64,000 nt of DNA from an uncultured Hellea sp. (GCA_905477785.1 CAJQGR010000008.1:4900-68899); one strand, 5' to 3'. Shown: positions 27,581 to 39,870, counted from the stretch's first letter. Translations and numbers: made by a program. The notes: generated from the letters alone by a model not told the origin.

Positions 27581-29698
27581 TTACTGATCAAGGAAACTTC
27601 TTAATTTTCTACTTCTGCTAGGATGTTTTAACTTACGTAATGCTTTAGCTTCAATTTGGCGAATTCTTTCACGAGTGACGCTAAATTGCTGACCAACCTC
27701 TTCAAGAGTATGATCCGTATTCATGCCAATACCAAATCTCATTCTGAGCACTCTTTCTTCCCTGGGGGTTAAAGAAGCAAGAACGCGTGTTGTAGTCTCT
27801 CGTAAATTAGATTGGATTGCAGCATCAATTGGTAAAATTGCATTATTATCTTCTATAAAGTCACCAAGCTGGCTGTCCTCTTCATCACCAATAGGAGTTT
27901 CAAGAGAAATAGGTTCCTTTGCTATTTTCATAACTTTACGAACTTTATCCAACGGCATAGATAGTTTAGCAGCAAGTTCTTCAGGTGTCGGCTCACGACC
28001 AATTTCATGAAGAATTTGACGGCTTGTTCTTACAATTTTATTTATCGTCTCAATCATATGAACAGGTATACGAATAGTCCGAGCTTGGTCAGCGATGGAC
28101 CTAGTTATAGCTTGTCTTATCCACCAAGTCGCATAAGTTGAAAATTTATATCCACGCCTGTATTCAAACTTATCAACTGCTTTCATGAGACCTATATTTC
28201 CCTCTTGGATAAGGTCGAGAAACTGAAGGCCACGATTAGTATATTTTTTTGCGATCGATATTACTAAACGCAGATTTGCCTCAACCATCTCTTTTTTAGC
28301 CTGCCGAGCCTCTCGTTCTCCTTTTTGTACAGTCTGTACTATACGTCGAAATTCATCAACGGGTACACCCGTGATTTGGGCAAGTGAACCAATTTCAGCC
28401 CTAAGTTTTTCAATCGTAATCTTTTCACGCTTTGCAAAACGTTCCCAAGCTTCTGAGGTTCCAGCCATTTCTTCCAGCCAATTTGGGTTAAGCTCTGAAC
28501 CTAAATAACTATGCAAAAACTCGACTCGAGGCACACCGTTGCCATCAGCTAATCGCATTAATTTACCTTCTAAATTTATAAATTGTTTGTTCAGCGAGTA
28601 TAATTGATCAATGAGCGCATCAATCCTTGCATTGTTTAGGTGAAGAGATTTTATTTCTTCAATTATTTCAGTTTGTATTTGGTCATATTCTTCAGCCTGC
28701 GGTTTTCGCATTTTTTTACCAGATAAACGAGAGCGTATGAGCATTTGCTGTAATTTTTGAAACCGCCCAAAATCTTGAGCTATTCTACTCAATTTAGACA
28801 TTATATCTTCTCTAAGGGCAGCTTCCATATTAGCCATTGATAAATTTGTTCTATCCTCCTCCTCATCTTCATCATCATCAATAGGCTTTTCTCCCTCTTT
28901 ATAATCTCGGTTAATTTCTATTTTTGTTTTACCGTTATCAAACTTTTGATTTAGATCTTCTTCTGTAGCCTCTAACTCACCTTTCTCAATTTTTTCTCTT
29001 CTAACTGCAGCTTGAGATCGGTCTTCTTGAATATTACCAATAGCTCTATTGTAGGTTGTATCCAGATCGATTATGTCGCGTAATAGTATCCTGCCTTCTT
29101 CTAACTCTTCTCGCCAAACCATTATAGCTTCAAATGTAAGGGCAGATTCACATAAACCTTTAATCATGGTATCTCTACCAGCTTCTATGCGTTTCGCTAT
29201 AGCAATCTCACCTTCACGTGATAAGAGTTCAACTACACCCATTTCTCGAAGATACATCCGAACGGGGTCGTCTGTACGATCCAGTTCTTCTTTTGAATTT
29301 CCTCCTTTAACGGCAGTCGTCTCTGCTCTTGCTAAAGTTTTTGAACCAAGCGTTTCTTCTTCAACTTCCTCGATAACGGATATCCCTAATTCTGAAAGCT
29401 GCGCTAAAGCAACCTCAATATCTTCGGCTGAAATACCCTCTATTTTTAAATGCTTTCCTAGTTCATCAGTTGTTAATAATCCGGACTTACGTGCAATTGC
29501 AACCATACGCTTTGTCTCAATATGAGTCATATCAAGTTTGTATGTAAGAACACGAGGTTTAGCCTTTTCAGCTTGTGCAACGGCTAGCTCTTTTTCTGCT
29601 TGAGCAAGTTCTTCCGCTTTTTGTATAGCTGATTTTCGTTTAGTTGGTTTTTTAGCAGTGGTCTGCTTTGCGGTTTTTTTTGTGGCGGCTTTTGCCAT
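27581..29698 (-). CDS. rpoD: RNA polymerase sigma-70 factor RpoD
   Basis: [73 protein letters not shown]. Confidence 0.99.
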   Translation of the reverse strand: MAKAATKKTAKQTTAKKPTKRKSAIQKAEELAQAEKELAVAQAEKAKPRVLTYKLDMTHIETKRMVAIARKSGLLTTDELGKHLKIEGISAEDIEVALAQLSELGISVIEEVEEETLGSKTLARAETTAVKGGNSKEELDRTDDPVRMYLREMGVVELLSREGEIAIAKRIEAGRDTMIKGLCESALTFEAIMVWREELEEGRILLRDIIDLDTTYNRAIGNIQEDRSQAAVRREKIEKGELEATEEDLNQKFDNGKTKIEINRDYKEGEKPIDDDEDEEEDRTNLSMANMEAALREDIMSKLSRIAQDFGRFQKLQQMLIRSRLSGKKMRKPQAEEYDQIQTEIIEEIKSLHLNNARIDALIDQLYSLNKQFINLEGKLMRLADGNGVPRVEFLHSYLGSELNPNWLEEMAGTSEAWERFAKREKITIEKLRAEIGSLAQITGVPVDEFRRIVQTVQKGEREARQAKKEMVEANLRLVISIAKKYTNRGLQFLDLIQEGNIGLMKAVDKFEYRRGYKFSTYATWWIRQAITRSIADQARTIRIPVHMIETINKIVRTSRQILHEIGREPTPEELAAKLSMPLDKVRKVMKIAKEPISLETPIGDEEDSQLGDFIEDNNAILPIDAAIQSNLRETTTRVLASLTPREERVLRMRFGIGMNTDHTLEEVGQQFSVTRERIRQIEAKALRKLKHPSRSRKLRSFLDQ

Positions 29699-29804
29699 AT
29701 TTTTACTCCAATAAAAACTAAGTTTGACCTAGTTTTATTATTCAATCTGTTAGCAATACAATTATAATCCCAAGTGGATCTAACAGGCATAGCCAAACTT
29801 AAAT

Positions 29805-31616
29805 TTAATCGCGCTCCTCTTTAGAGGCACGCATGCGTCGCTTAAGGGCGACAGTATTATCATTTCTAATGGCCTCGGCCATCAAAGTTATAGTTTCACT
29901 GCCATCTGCGTCTGACTGGTTAAACCCTGATAAGGTGCTGGCCTCTTTTATCCAGATGGCCGTTCGTGTTTCCAGTTCCGCGTCGATGCCTCCCATTGCC
30001 GCCGTAATAAGTTTACGATCTCGAGAAAATCCGCTTTTTAGTGTCTCCATTCCTTGATTGGCTATATGGGCATTAAGAGAAGACTTTTCAACCGATTTTG
30101 TTAGCTGCCAATAAGACAATAACGTACTTTGCATCTTAATCGCTGGAGAGGTAGTAAATTTTAATCCAAAAAAAACTTCATCAAGGTAGTTTAAAAGCTC
30201 AGGCCATTCCAAAATTGCACTAATTAATCTTCTTTCTCTAGCTTTAGTTATGGCATTGGGCTGCATGGTTGCTTTAAGCGCAGTTGATGGACTACGAGAA
30301 GAGGTAAGGTTATTAAATTGGTGTTTAAACCTTCGGCCAAATTCAGAGTCGAAACGACTCAAGAGGTCAGACTTATATTGCGTTCTCACTTCCTCATTTT
30401 GAATTTCATTTATTGCATTGAGTATTCTCGACTTTAGTCCAGCTTTGGCTTCTGGGGTATCTAGAGATCCGCGGTTAACCTCTCGCTCCCATAACATTTT
30501 AACTAACGGTATTGATTGATTCAATATTTTTTGCATCTCGATTTTACCCTTGTTTTTGATGAGGTCGTCTGGGTCTTCTCCATCAGGCAAGATAGCAAAT
30601 CTAAGAGTCCTCGTGGGGCCAATCAGGGGCAAAGCCCTTTCAATTGATCTATATGCGGCTCTAATGCCAGGCTTGTCACCATCAAAACACAAAATTGGTT
30701 CAGGACCAGATCTCCAAAGTAACATTAACTGACTTTCGGTAAGAGCAGTACCCATAGGGGCAACAGAGTGTTTAAAACCCGCACGGGACAAAGCAATTAC
30801 ATCCATATAACCTTCAGCGACAATTAAACCTCTTTCGTTACTTTGTGGAATGGAAACTGCTTTATGAGCACGGTGGTAATTATAAAGTAATTGTCCTTTT
30901 TGAAATATTGGTGTTTCAGGAGAATTTAGATACTTTGCTTTAGAGTTTTTATCCATGGCTCGACCACCAAAAGCCACTAAACGTCCTCGAGAATCATGAA
31001 TAGGGAACATTATGCGGTCTCTAAAACGATCCCATGGTTGTCTTGATTTATCCTCGGGCTGTACCAATAAACCAGCCTCAATCAATGTGTTTTGTTTAGC
31101 ACCTTTTTGTATAAGGTCATCTTTTAAAGCTGAAAAATTATCAGGAGCATAACCTATACCAAAGTAATCTGCTGCAGTCTTAGTCAGTCCTCGGCTCTTA
31201 AGGTAATCACGTGATGACTGGCCAATATTTTTATACAACGACTTTTGAAAGAAAGCTTGGGCATGTTCCATCCAATTAATAGTATTTTTATTTCTGGCAG
31301 CTCTTTGTTCAGCAGCAGGGTCAGACTTTGGCATTTCGATACCTATTTGTTCTGCCAAACGCTCAACAGATTCAGGAAAGGTAAGGCCTTCTAACTCCAT
31401 TAAAAACGATATAGCATCTCCGTGTTTACCGCTAGAAAAACAATGATAGAAACCCTTTTCATCATTTACAAAAAAACTAGGGGTTTTCTCACTTGTAAAA
31501 GGAGAAAGTCCTGAAAATTCTCGACCTTGACGTTTTAGTTTAACATGTTTCGAAACCACATCCGACACCCGAATGCGTGATTTTATTTCATTCATGAAGT
31601 TTTCGCCAAATCGCAT
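29805..31616 (-). CDS. dnaG: DNA primase
   Basis: PF..EKTPSF, YHCFSSG (alphaproteobacterial zinc domain), RFRDRIMFPI, KYLNSPET, EGYMDVI, FDGD TOPRIM motif. Confidence 0.97.
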   Translation of the reverse strand: MRFGENFMNEIKSRIRVSDVVSKHVKLKRQGREFSGLSPFTSEKTPSFFVNDEKGFYHCFSSGKHGDAISFLMELEGLTFPESVERLAEQIGIEMPKSDPAAEQRAARNKNTINWMEHAQAFFQKSLYKNIGQSSRDYLKSRGLTKTAADYFGIGYAPDNFSALKDDLIQKGAKQNTLIEAGLLVQPEDKSRQPWDRFRDRIMFPIHDSRGRLVAFGGRAMDKNSKAKYLNSPETPIFQKGQLLYNYHRAHKAVSIPQSNERGLIVAEGYMDVIALSRAGFKHSVAPMGTALTESQLMLLWRSGPEPILCFDGDKPGIRAAYRSIERALPLIGPTRTLRFAILPDGEDPDDLIKNKGKIEMQKILNQSIPLVKMLWEREVNRGSLDTPEAKAGLKSRILNAINEIQNEEVRTQYKSDLLSRFDSEFGRRFKHQFNNLTSSRSPSTALKATMQPNAITKARERRLISAILEWPELLNYLDEVFFGLKFTTSPAIKMQSTLLSYWQLTKSVEKSSLNAHIANQGMETLKSGFSRDRKLITAAMGGIDAELETRTAIWIKEASTLSGFNQSDADGSETITLMAEAIRNDNTVALKRRMRASKEERD

Positions 31617-31690
31617 AACATCAACTTAGTATTATAAAATAATTTTTGCGAATCTTAACTAAAAATAAGCATAAAAAATGCACTGAACTA

Positions 31691-32152
31691 TTAATTACAG
31701 AGATGCTCTTTAACCAATGCGCCAGCCTTTCCCATATTAAGTCGACCCGCGTATAGTGCTTTTAAGCTACCCATAACTTTACCCATATCCTTCAAACAAG
31801 TCGCATTATGAGCTTTGACTGCTTCAGTGACAGCTAAATGCATCTCAGAATCTGAGAGTGGTTTTGGCATGAATTCTCTTATTATATCTATTTCTCTTAA
31901 CTCACGTTCAGCTAGCTCTGGTCTGCCGTTGTTTTCATACGTTTTAGCGCTTTCTTCTCGCTGTCGAACCATTTTTTGCAACAATGACAGTATCTCTGTA
32001 TCTGCAATTCCTTCACAACGGTCTTCTGCTCGTGCTGATATATCACGATCTTTAATAGCAGCAGAAATTAACCTTAGAGTTGATACTCGAATTTTATCAC
32101 CACTTTTCATAGCAGTTTTAGTATTATTTGAAATAGAATCACGTAGAGCCAT
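31691..32152 (-). CDS. GatB/YqeY domain protein
   Basis: KTAMKSGDK.R.STLRLI, KQR.ES...Y....R.ELAE.E, KDMGKVMG motifs. Confidence 0.93.
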   Translation of the reverse strand: MALRDSISNNTKTAMKSGDKIRVSTLRLISAAIKDRDISARAEDRCEGIADTEILSLLQKMVRQREESAKTYENNGRPELAERELREIDIIREFMPKPLSDSEMHLAVTEAVKAHNATCLKDMGKVMGSLKALYAGRLNMGKAGALVKEHLCN

Positions 32153-32366
32153 AAGCTTTTTTATTCTTTAAACGTTTACAAAATCACCAATGGTTTTATA
32201 AATAAAAACAAAACTGATATAATTAGATAAGACAATTGTATAATTTAAATAGAATTTCGAGCTATATTGCTGATTACTTAACATTTGCTACTTGTATACT
32301 TTGTCTCTCTCGCTAAAAGTCCTTTCAGATATCTTACTTGCCCAAAAAAGGCTAATACCGGGATTT

Positions 32367-33533
32367 ATGACTATGAAAACCGAAAATCAAGTAATTAATG
32401 AACTTATTACTGGCATTTTAGTTTTAGAGAACGGCCAAGTTTTTTATGGAAAGGGCTATGGAGCGGTAGGAAGCGTTGTAGGTGAGGTTTGCTTCAATAC
32501 AGCAATTACCGGATATCAAGAAATACTAACAGATCCATCTTATACTGATCAAATTGTGTGCTTTACCTTTCCACACATAGGTAACACAGGAACTAACGAT
32601 GAAGATGAAGAGGCATCAAGTACTGCAGGAAAAAGTGCAGCCAGAGGAGCAATATTTAAAGCTTCTATAACTAAAGCATCAAACTGGCGATCAAAAAGCG
32701 ATCTCGATATATGGTTAAAAAACCGAGGAATAATTGGTTTGTCAGGTATCGATACGCGAGCACTCACATCCTTCATCCGTGACAATGGTATGCTTAATGG
32801 CGTCATAGCACATTCAACAGACGGAATATTTAAAGTTGAGGAATTAATAAAAAAAGCTAAAACTTGGAAGGGTATAATTAAATCTGATCTCGCAACAAAA
32901 TCATCAACTAACAAAAGTTTTAAATGGGATGAAAGTCAATGGGTTTGGCCTGAAGGCTATGGAAATAAAAATGGTTTAAAATCAGTTATAGTTATAGACT
33001 ATGGTGTTAAACGAAATATTTTGAGAAACTTGGTATCAGCAGGACTTAAAGTCACTGTTGTTCCTTCAAGCCTTTCATCAAAAGAAATATTGAGTTTAAA
33101 ACCTGATGGCGTTGTTTTGAGTAATGGACCTGGAGACCCAGAAGCAACAGGCACCTTCGCAATACCAATAATACAAGATATTATATCTGCAAATATTCCA
33201 ATTTTAGGAATATGCTTAGGACACCAAATGCTTGCACTTGCACTAGGAGCCAAAACAATTAAAATGACTCAAGGCCATCATGGAGCTAATCATCCTGTTA
33301 AAGACTACACCACCAATAAGGTTGAAATTGTGTCTATGAACCATGGCTTTGCAGTCGATGCAAAAAGTCTCCCAGAAAATGTCAAAGAAACTCATGTAAG
33401 CCTTTTTGATGGAACTAACTGTGGAATAAAGCTTAAAGGAAAGCCTGTTTTTTCTGTTCAGCACCACCCAGAAGCTAGTCCTGGGCCAAAGGATAGTTTT
33501 TATTTGTTTGAACGATTTGCTGCGGCACTATAA
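32367..33533 (+). CDS. carA: Carbamoyl-phosphate synthase small subunit
   Basis: GEVCFNTAITGYQE, LSNGPGDP, GICLGHQ (Cys nucleophile), HHGANHPV, QHHPEASPGP. Start moved to ATG 32367. Confidence 0.97.
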   Translation: MTMKTENQVINELITGILVLENGQVFYGKGYGAVGSVVGEVCFNTAITGYQEILTDPSYTDQIVCFTFPHIGNTGTNDEDEEASSTAGKSAARGAIFKASITKASNWRSKSDLDIWLKNRGIIGLSGIDTRALTSFIRDNGMLNGVIAHSTDGIFKVEELIKKAKTWKGIIKSDLATKSSTNKSFKWDESQWVWPEGYGNKNGLKSVIVIDYGVKRNILRNLVSAGLKVTVVPSSLSSKEILSLKPDGVVLSNGPGDPEATGTFAIPIIQDIISANIPILGICLGHQMLALALGAKTIKMTQGHHGANHPVKDYTTNKVEIVSMNHGFAVDAKSLPENVKETHVSLFDGTNCGIKLKGKPVFSVQHHPEASPGPKDSFYLFERFAAAL

Positions 33534-33541
33534 AAGGAAAG

Positions 33542-34570
33542 TCACTTTAAGCGGACAGATCCATTCGCAATTAAACTGTGTGCACCATCTATAATTGCTT
33601 GTTTAGCTGGTCTAGGAATTACTTTAGTCATATTATTCACATAAATTGAATCAGTGTCATAAAATTTTCCTAGATCTTGAACTAGTATTTTCACCCTATC
33701 ATCAAACATAGCAATAACTTTGAACAAAAAATTAGGCATTTCACTTTTTGGTATTTTTTTTAATTCTTTAAATTCATTTCTTAATATATTTGCTATGTCT
33801 TTGAACCAAAGAGTTTCCCCCGTGGCTAAAAGTCTACGCCCTCCAGCTTGCTCAGAAGTCATGGCTGAAACATGAATTGAAGCACAATCTCTAACATCAA
33901 TCAACGGAATACCAACTTTAGGCAAATACGTTAAATTTCCGATCATTAAAGATTTTAAAAGACCAAGTGAAGCACCAGCATTTCCGAAAGTATCCGGACC
34001 AAAAACAAGGCCTGGACATATAGTAGTTAATTTTGATTTTAATCCCTGAGCTTCAGTATAGGCCCATGCTGAAATCTCAGCTCTTGTTTTTGAAATTGGG
34101 TAAGAAGTCATATATTTCCACTCAGGGTCAGACCAGCTATCTTCATTTAAGGTAAGTACTTTTTCTTTGTGTGGTCTTCCTGTCATTGCGGCTATTGAAG
34201 AAGTCATTACTATTTTTTCTACGCCGGCTGAATATCCATTTTCAAGCACCCTCTGGGCACCCGCACGAGCTTCTGGAACCAATGCCTCTCTATCTGTAGG
34301 TGGTTCATTTGGTAGTGGTGATGCTGTATGCTGGATGTAACGACAGTCTTTTACTGCATCACTCCATCCCGCATCTGAACCTAATTCGACTTCAACCAAT
34401 TCAATATTTGATGTGTCACATCCACTTGCAGATAAGGCGTCTACAATCTTATTGGCTTTATCTAAATTTCTTACTGCTCCCCTCAGATTATAACCTTTAT
34501 CTAATAATTTTTTAGATATGTTAGCACCAATGAAACCAGAAAAACCGGTTACTAATACTTTGTCTGTCAC
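33542..34570 (-). CDS. NAD-dependent epimerase/dehydratase (aldehyde reductase / DFR-like extended SDR)
   Basis: VTGFSGFIG, HTASP, TSSIAA, YPISK, DVRDCA. GTG at 34570 has an AGGGGA RBS. Confidence 0.9.
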   Translation of the reverse strand: MTDKVLVTGFSGFIGANISKKLLDKGYNLRGAVRNLDKANKIVDALSASGCDTSNIELVEVELGSDAGWSDAVKDCRYIQHTASPLPNEPPTDREALVPEARAGAQRVLENGYSAGVEKIVMTSSIAAMTGRPHKEKVLTLNEDSWSDPEWKYMTSYPISKTRAEISAWAYTEAQGLKSKLTTICPGLVFGPDTFGNAGASLGLLKSLMIGNLTYLPKVGIPLIDVRDCASIHVSAMTSEQAGGRRLLATGETLWFKDIANILRNEFKELKKIPKSEMPNFLFKVIAMFDDRVKILVQDLGKFYDTDSIYVNNMTKVIPRPAKQAIIDGAHSLIANGSVRLK

Positions 34571-34836
34571 TTTTATTCCCCTATGCATTTTTTTAAAACA
34601 ATAATTTATTAAAAACAATGCAAGACTTTATTTTTGGTTGTTAAAAATATCATGTAAATTCCGTTAAATAAATCAAGAAAATAATCGCAATGCAAAATAC
34701 AAAATAATATTTGTATATAAAATGAATTAAAAATGGATTTCTTTGACTAGAAAATCTTGCATTTTAATAAATGAAATTATAGAGAGGTTCAGTTTGGTTT
34801 TTCTGCCAGATTCGTATCTCAAAGAGGCTCATTTTA

Positions 34837-37800
34837 ATGCCAAAAAGAACAGACATTCACTCGATTCTTATAATTGGGGCTGGGCCCATTGTTATTGGTC
34901 AAGCCTGTGAGTTTGATTATTCAGGGGTTCAAGCCTGTAAAGCACTCAAAGAAGAAGGTTATCGAGTGATATTAGTTAACTCTAACCCTGCCACCATAAT
35001 GACAGACCCAGAAATGGCAGATGCTACTTATATCGAACCTATTACACCAGATATAGTTGAAAAAATTATATCATTGGAAAGACCTGATGCATTACTACCA
35101 ACAATGGGCGGTCAAACAGCTTTAAACACAGCTTTAACGCTTGAGCAAAATGGTATTTTAAGAAAATACAATGTTGAAATGATTGGGGCAAAAGCCGATG
35201 TAATTGATAAAGCGGAAAATCGTGAACGTTTTGCAAAAGCAATGACAAGTATTGGTTTAGAAAACCCTAGAGCAACAATTATCACAGCCCCAAAAAATGA
35301 AACAGGGGAAGCTGATTTATCTGCTGGGGTTGCAGAAGCTGTAGATAAGTTGGATTATACAGGGCTTCCTGCAATCATTCGGCCAGCTTTCACACTGGGA
35401 GGAACTGGAGGCGGTGTCGCATACAATATTGAGGAATACAGAGAAATCGTTAGATCTGGGCTAGCAGCTTCTCCAACAAATCAAGTACTCGTCGATGAAA
35501 GTCTTCTCGGTTGGAAAGAATATGAAATGGAAGTTGTGCGCGATAAAGCCGACAACTGTATTATAATATGTGCTATTGAGAATATTGACCCAATGGGTGT
35601 GCACACAGGTGACTCAATCACAGTGGCGCCTGCATTAACTCTAACGGATAAAGAGTATCAGGTTATGAGAGATGCATCTATTGCCGTTTTGAGAGAAATT
35701 GGTGTTGAAACAGGTGGTTCGAATGTTCAATTTGGAATTAATCCTGAAGATGGACGAATGGTAGTAATAGAAATGAACCCAAGAGTTTCACGATCTTCAG
35801 CACTAGCATCTAAAGCCACAGGGTTTCCAATTGCAAAAATAGCAGCAAAACTAGCAGTAGGTTATACACTTGATGAGCTAGATAATGATATTACAGGAGC
35901 TACTCCAGCGGCTTTTGAACCTACTATTGATTATGTAGTAACAAAGATTCCACGCTTTGCATTTGAGAAATTTCCTGGAGCAGAACCTGTATTAACTACA
36001 GCTATGAGGTCTGTTGGCGAAGCAATGGCAATTGGAAGAACATTCTCTGAAAGCCTTCAAAAAGCATTGAGATCTTTAGAGACTGACTTAACAGGTTTAA
36101 ATGAAATTATTCTTGATACGACTGGTGAGATGTCAAAAGAAGAGCTTCGTTCGGCAATGAAAGCACGCCTATCCATACTTGCTCCCGACCGACTACTTGT
36201 TATTGCACAAGCATATAGGCTAGGATTTACCACAGATAAAATTTACCAGTACACAAAAATTGACCCCTGGTTTTTAAGGGAAATTAAAAATTTAACATTA
36301 ACTGAGGAATGGCTTCAAAAAAATGGTTTACCCAGTAATGAAAATGACTGGAGAGCCATAAAGTCAGAAGGGTTTTCTGATGCAAGAATTGCAGAACTTA
36401 CCAAAAATAGTGAAATTAATGTCAGAAAATCTAGGCGCAGCTTTAATGTAAGACCTGTCTACAAACGAGTAGATACATGTGCTGCAGAATTTCAAGCCAA
36501 AACACCTTATATGTACTCAACCTATGAAACTCCCAGTTTTGGAGGTATTGTAGATGATGAAAGCAGAGTTAGTAATCGTGATAAAGTTATTATACTCGGA
36601 GGGGGCCCAAATCGAATAGGGCAAGGTATTGAATTCGATTACTGTTGTTGTCATGCTGCATTTGCTTTGAATGATATCGGAATTGAGTCCATAATGGTTA
36701 ACTGCAATCCAGAAACTGTTTCAACAGACTATGACACATCTGATCGTTTATATTTCGAACCCTTAACCGAAGAGGATGTATTAGAAATAATAATGACAGA
36801 ACAAAAACTTGGAACGTTAAAGGGTGTGATTGTTCAATTTGGAGGTCAAACGCCTTTAAAATTAGCTGAGGCACTAGAAGCAAATAATATTCCACTTCTT
36901 GGAACGAACAGAGACGCCTTAGATAGAGCGGAAGACCGTGAGCGCTTTAAAGATCTAATTGAAAAATTAGGTCTAAAACAACCCAACAATGCAATTGCAA
37001 GAAATGTTAAAGAAGCCAATGAAGCTTCTAAGGTCGTAGGATATCCACTAGTCTTAAGGCCTTCGAATGTACTTGGTGGGCGTGGAATGGAGATCGTAGA
37101 TAATGACAAAGAGTTTAACCGTTATATCACAGAAGCTGTTAAAGTATCTGGAAAATCACCCCTTCTAATTGATCAATACTTAAGAGATGCTATTGAAGTA
37201 GACGTAGATGTGATCTGCGATGGTACAGAAGTTTATGTTGCAGGAATCATGGAGCATATTGAAGAGGCAGGAGTACACTCAGGTGACTCAGCATGTTCTT
37301 TACCTCCATATACATTATCAGAAGAAATAGTTTGCGAATTAGGCAGGCAAGCTAAAATATTAGCACTTGAACTTGGTGTCATTGGTTTTATGAATACTCA
37401 GTTTGCAGTAAAAGATAATGAAGTATACCTCATTGAAGTAAATCCTCGCGCATCAAGAACTGTTCCATTTGTTGCTAAAGCAATAGGGCAACCTATAGCT
37501 AATATCGCGGCAAAAGTTATGGCTGGAAAAAAGTTATCCGAATTTGACTTAACCCTTAAAGCCCAAAAATATATAGCAGTAAAAGAAGCTGTTTTTCCGT
37601 TTGCGCGTTTTCCTGGTGTTGACACAGTCCTTGGACCAGAAATGCGCTCAACAGGTGAGGTGATGGGTCTAGCAGAAACTTTTGGTATGGCTTTTGCAAA
37701 AAGTCAACTTGGGGGTGGTGTAAGCTTACCTGCTGCAGGTAAAGTCTTTATTTCCGTCAGGGATGAACACAAATATGTAATGTCAGAATTGGCGCAAGAA

Positions 37801-38136
37801 CTTATTAACTTAGGTTTTTCAATAATGGCAACCGGTGGAACAACTAAATACTTAAGATCTAAAGGAATTGAGGTTGAATATATCAAAAAATTCCATGAAG
37901 GCCGTCCAAACGTAATTGATGCTATGAAGAATGGTGATATATCACTGGTGTTTAATACTACTAGTGGGAAGCAAAGCCTAAAAGATAGCTTTAGCCTCCG
38001 TCGTACTGCTTTAACGCAAAAGATACCCTATTTTACAACAGCAGCAGCCTCAAAGGCAACAGTTGAGGCTATAAAAGATCTTGCACATAGCGGTTATGAA
38101 GTTGAAAGCCTCCAAGCAATAGCTTCTGGAAATTAA
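34837..38136 (+). CDS. carB: Carbamoyl-phosphate synthase large subunit
   Basis: [18 protein letters not shown], two ATP-grasp halves ([19 protein letters not shown]), C-terminal MGS domain. Confidence 0.99.
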   Translation: MPKRTDIHSILIIGAGPIVIGQACEFDYSGVQACKALKEEGYRVILVNSNPATIMTDPEMADATYIEPITPDIVEKIISLERPDALLPTMGGQTALNTALTLEQNGILRKYNVEMIGAKADVIDKAENRERFAKAMTSIGLENPRATIITAPKNETGEADLSAGVAEAVDKLDYTGLPAIIRPAFTLGGTGGGVAYNIEEYREIVRSGLAASPTNQVLVDESLLGWKEYEMEVVRDKADNCIIICAIENIDPMGVHTGDSITVAPALTLTDKEYQVMRDASIAVLREIGVETGGSNVQFGINPEDGRMVVIEMNPRVSRSSALASKATGFPIAKIAAKLAVGYTLDELDNDITGATPAAFEPTIDYVVTKIPRFAFEKFPGAEPVLTTAMRSVGEAMAIGRTFSESLQKALRSLETDLTGLNEIILDTTGEMSKEELRSAMKARLSILAPDRLLVIAQAYRLGFTTDKIYQYTKIDPWFLREIKNLTLTEEWLQKNGLPSNENDWRAIKSEGFSDARIAELTKNSEINVRKSRRSFNVRPVYKRVDTCAAEFQAKTPYMYSTYETPSFGGIVDDESRVSNRDKVIILGGGPNRIGQGIEFDYCCCHAAFALNDIGIESIMVNCNPETVSTDYDTSDRLYFEPLTEEDVLEIIMTEQKLGTLKGVIVQFGGQTPLKLAEALEANNIPLLGTNRDALDRAEDRERFKDLIEKLGLKQPNNAIARNVKEANEASKVVGYPLVLRPSNVLGGRGMEIVDNDKEFNRYITEAVKVSGKSPLLIDQYLRDAIEVDVDVICDGTEVYVAGIMEHIEEAGVHSGDSACSLPPYTLSEEIVCELGRQAKILALELGVIGFMNTQFAVKDNEVYLIEVNPRASRTVPFVAKAIGQPIANIAAKVMAGKKLSEFDLTLKAQKYIAVKEAVFPFARFPGVDTVLGPEMRSTGEVMGLAETFGMAFAKSQLGGGVSLPAAGKVFISVRDEHKYVMSELAQELINLGFSIMATGGTTKYLRSKGIEVEYIKKFHEGRPNVIDAMKNGDISLVFNTTSGKQSLKDSFSLRRTALTQKIPYFTTAAASKATVEAIKDLAHSGYEVESLQAIASGN

Positions 38137-38237
38137 TCTAAAAAATTTAAATTTTGATCACTATTTTATCAATTTTGGAATCACTTTTTCCAATAAATTT
38201 AATATAATATACATTGTAAAAACCAAAAATTAAAAAC

Positions 38238-38265
38238 TAATAATTAATAATTAATAATTAATAAT
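38238..38265. repeat. Heptamer tandem repeat (TAATAAT)x4
   Basis: Four exact copies in the carB-greA intergenic region. Confidence 0.8.
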
Positions 38266-38410
38266 TAGATTATAAAAAAATAAGTACAGAGTAAGGATCT
38301 TAAATAGGTTTGGACTTAAGAAAATGGAAATGTAAGAAAGCCACCTTATCACTTGATTATCTTAGAAAAGTCTCTATTTCTCCGCGCCTTAATAATTTGG
38401 GAAGTTAAAA

Positions 38411-38884
38411 ATGCAAAAATACCCTATGACAGTAGCCGGACATGCTACTTTAGAAGCTGAACTAAAAAACCTTAAATCTGTTGAAAGACCCTATATAATA
38501 AATGCAATATCCGTTGCCAGAGAGCATGGCGATCTTTCAGAAAATGCCGAATATCATGCTGCAAAAGAAAAACAAGGCTTTATCGAGGGGCGAATACAAG
38601 AGCTCGAAAGCAAATTATCGCTTGCGCAGGTCATAGATACATCAACAATGAGTGGTGAAACAGTAAAATTTGGTGCAATTGTTAAAATTGTAAATGAAGA
38701 TACAGATGTTGAAAGCACCTACCAAATAGTTGGTGAAGATGAAGCAAGCGTCAAAGACGGTAAGGTTTCTATCACCTCCCCAATAGCAAGAGCCATGATC
38801 TCAAAAGAAATAGGTGACTCTTTTGAGGTAATAGCTCCAGGTGGATCTAAGGCTTATGAAATAATTGAAGTCAATTATAAATAA
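38411..38884 (+). CDS. greA: Transcription elongation factor GreA
   Basis: [34 protein letters not shown]. Confidence 0.98.
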   Translation: MQKYPMTVAGHATLEAELKNLKSVERPYIINAISVAREHGDLSENAEYHAAKEKQGFIEGRIQELESKLSLAQVIDTSTMSGETVKFGAIVKIVNEDTDVESTYQIVGEDEASVKDGKVSITSPIARAMISKEIGDSFEVIAPGGSKAYEIIEVNYK

Positions 38885-39870
38885 TGAAATCAGGAACACC
38901 TAATTGCTTGATAGTAACGGACGGACGCCAAGGTAATAGAAACCAAGCAATAGGGTTTGCAGAAGCTATAAATAACATCCGACCCTTAAATTATTCGGAA
39001 ACTTCGCTAGAAAACCTTAGAATCTTCAACAAACTGCCTACCTATTTGCAATATATTTTAAATAAAATATTTAAAATACATAAAATTAAAGATCAAAATG
39101 TGAACATAGCAATAGGTTGTGGCAGACATGCCATTGCACACCTAATTGATTTAAAAGAAAAAAATCCAAATATATATACTATTTACATCCAAGATCCTAA
39201 GTATAAAAATAATAATTTTGACCTAATAATTGCGCCTCAGCATGATGACCTCAAGGGTAAAAACATAATATCTATGATTGGCCCCCCCAATCGGATAACT
39301 AAAAATCTCTTAAAAATTAAATCACAAAAATTCTCAAAAAAAATCAATGACTTCCCTGCACCTCGAGCTACTATATGTATTGGAGGTAATTCAAAAAATC
39401 ATAAGTTAACTAAAGAAAATCATTTCAATCATATCCAGGTTTTCAAGAGCTTAATTAAACAAAATTTTTCAATTTTTATTACAACTTCACGACGTACCCC
39501 AAAATGGGTCATGGAGGAATACAAAGAATTAAGCGATGAATATGAATCAGTCTGGGGGTATTTCGGAAAAGGGGAGAACCCTTACTATGCCTTTTTAGAA
39601 AAATCAGATATAATATTAGTCACAGAAGATAGTGCAAATATGGTAACTGAAGCAGCATCTGTGGGGGGGAAAGTTTTCACCCTTCCTGTATCCGGAGGCA
39701 CTAAAAAGTTTAAAGAGCTAAATAGAGTTCTCAAAAATCGATGTAATATTTCCTATTTCAATGGTGATTTTAATACTAATAATTATAAACCTCTGAAAGA
39801 AACTCATTTAATAGCAACAAAATTTTGGTTAAGGTATGATAAATATCAGTCTCGTAGTAAATTTTGCTAA
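38884..39870 (+). CDS. ELM1/GtrOC1-like (mitochondrial fission ELM1 family) protein
   Basis: DGRQGNRNQAIG, IAPQHD, IGGNSK, TTSRRTP, NPYYAFL, VTEDSANMVTEA motifs. Confidence 0.85.
   Translation: MKSGTPNCLIVTDGRQGNRNQAIGFAEAINNIRPLNYSETSLENLRIFNKLPTYLQYILNKIFKIHKIKDQNVNIAIGCGRHAIAHLIDLKEKNPNIYTIYIQDPKYKNNNFDLIIAPQHDDLKGKNIISMIGPPNRITKNLLKIKSQKFSKKINDFPAPRATICIGGNSKNHKLTKENHFNHIQVFKSLIKQNFSIFITTSRRTPKWVMEEYKELSDEYESVWGYFGKGENPYYAFLEKSDIILVTEDSANMVTEAASVGGKVFTLPVSGGTKKFKELNRVLKNRCNISYFNGDFNTNNYKPLKETHLIATKFWLRYDKYQSRSKFC

Noticed and set aside
29073-29525. 150-aa antisense ORF inside rpoD, and similar 60-150 aa antisense or alternate-frame ORFs in uvrB, carA, carB, yqeY, ior and the GcvT gene
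   Set aside because: These are shadow ORFs of conserved genes: Ser/Ile-rich, no motifs, no RBS. They are more frequent in the high-GC block, as expected by chance.
38238-38265. CRISPR array
   Set aside because: This is a simple 7-nt tandem repeat with no spacers or cas genes. No CRISPR-like repeat-spacer pattern was seen anywhere in the window.
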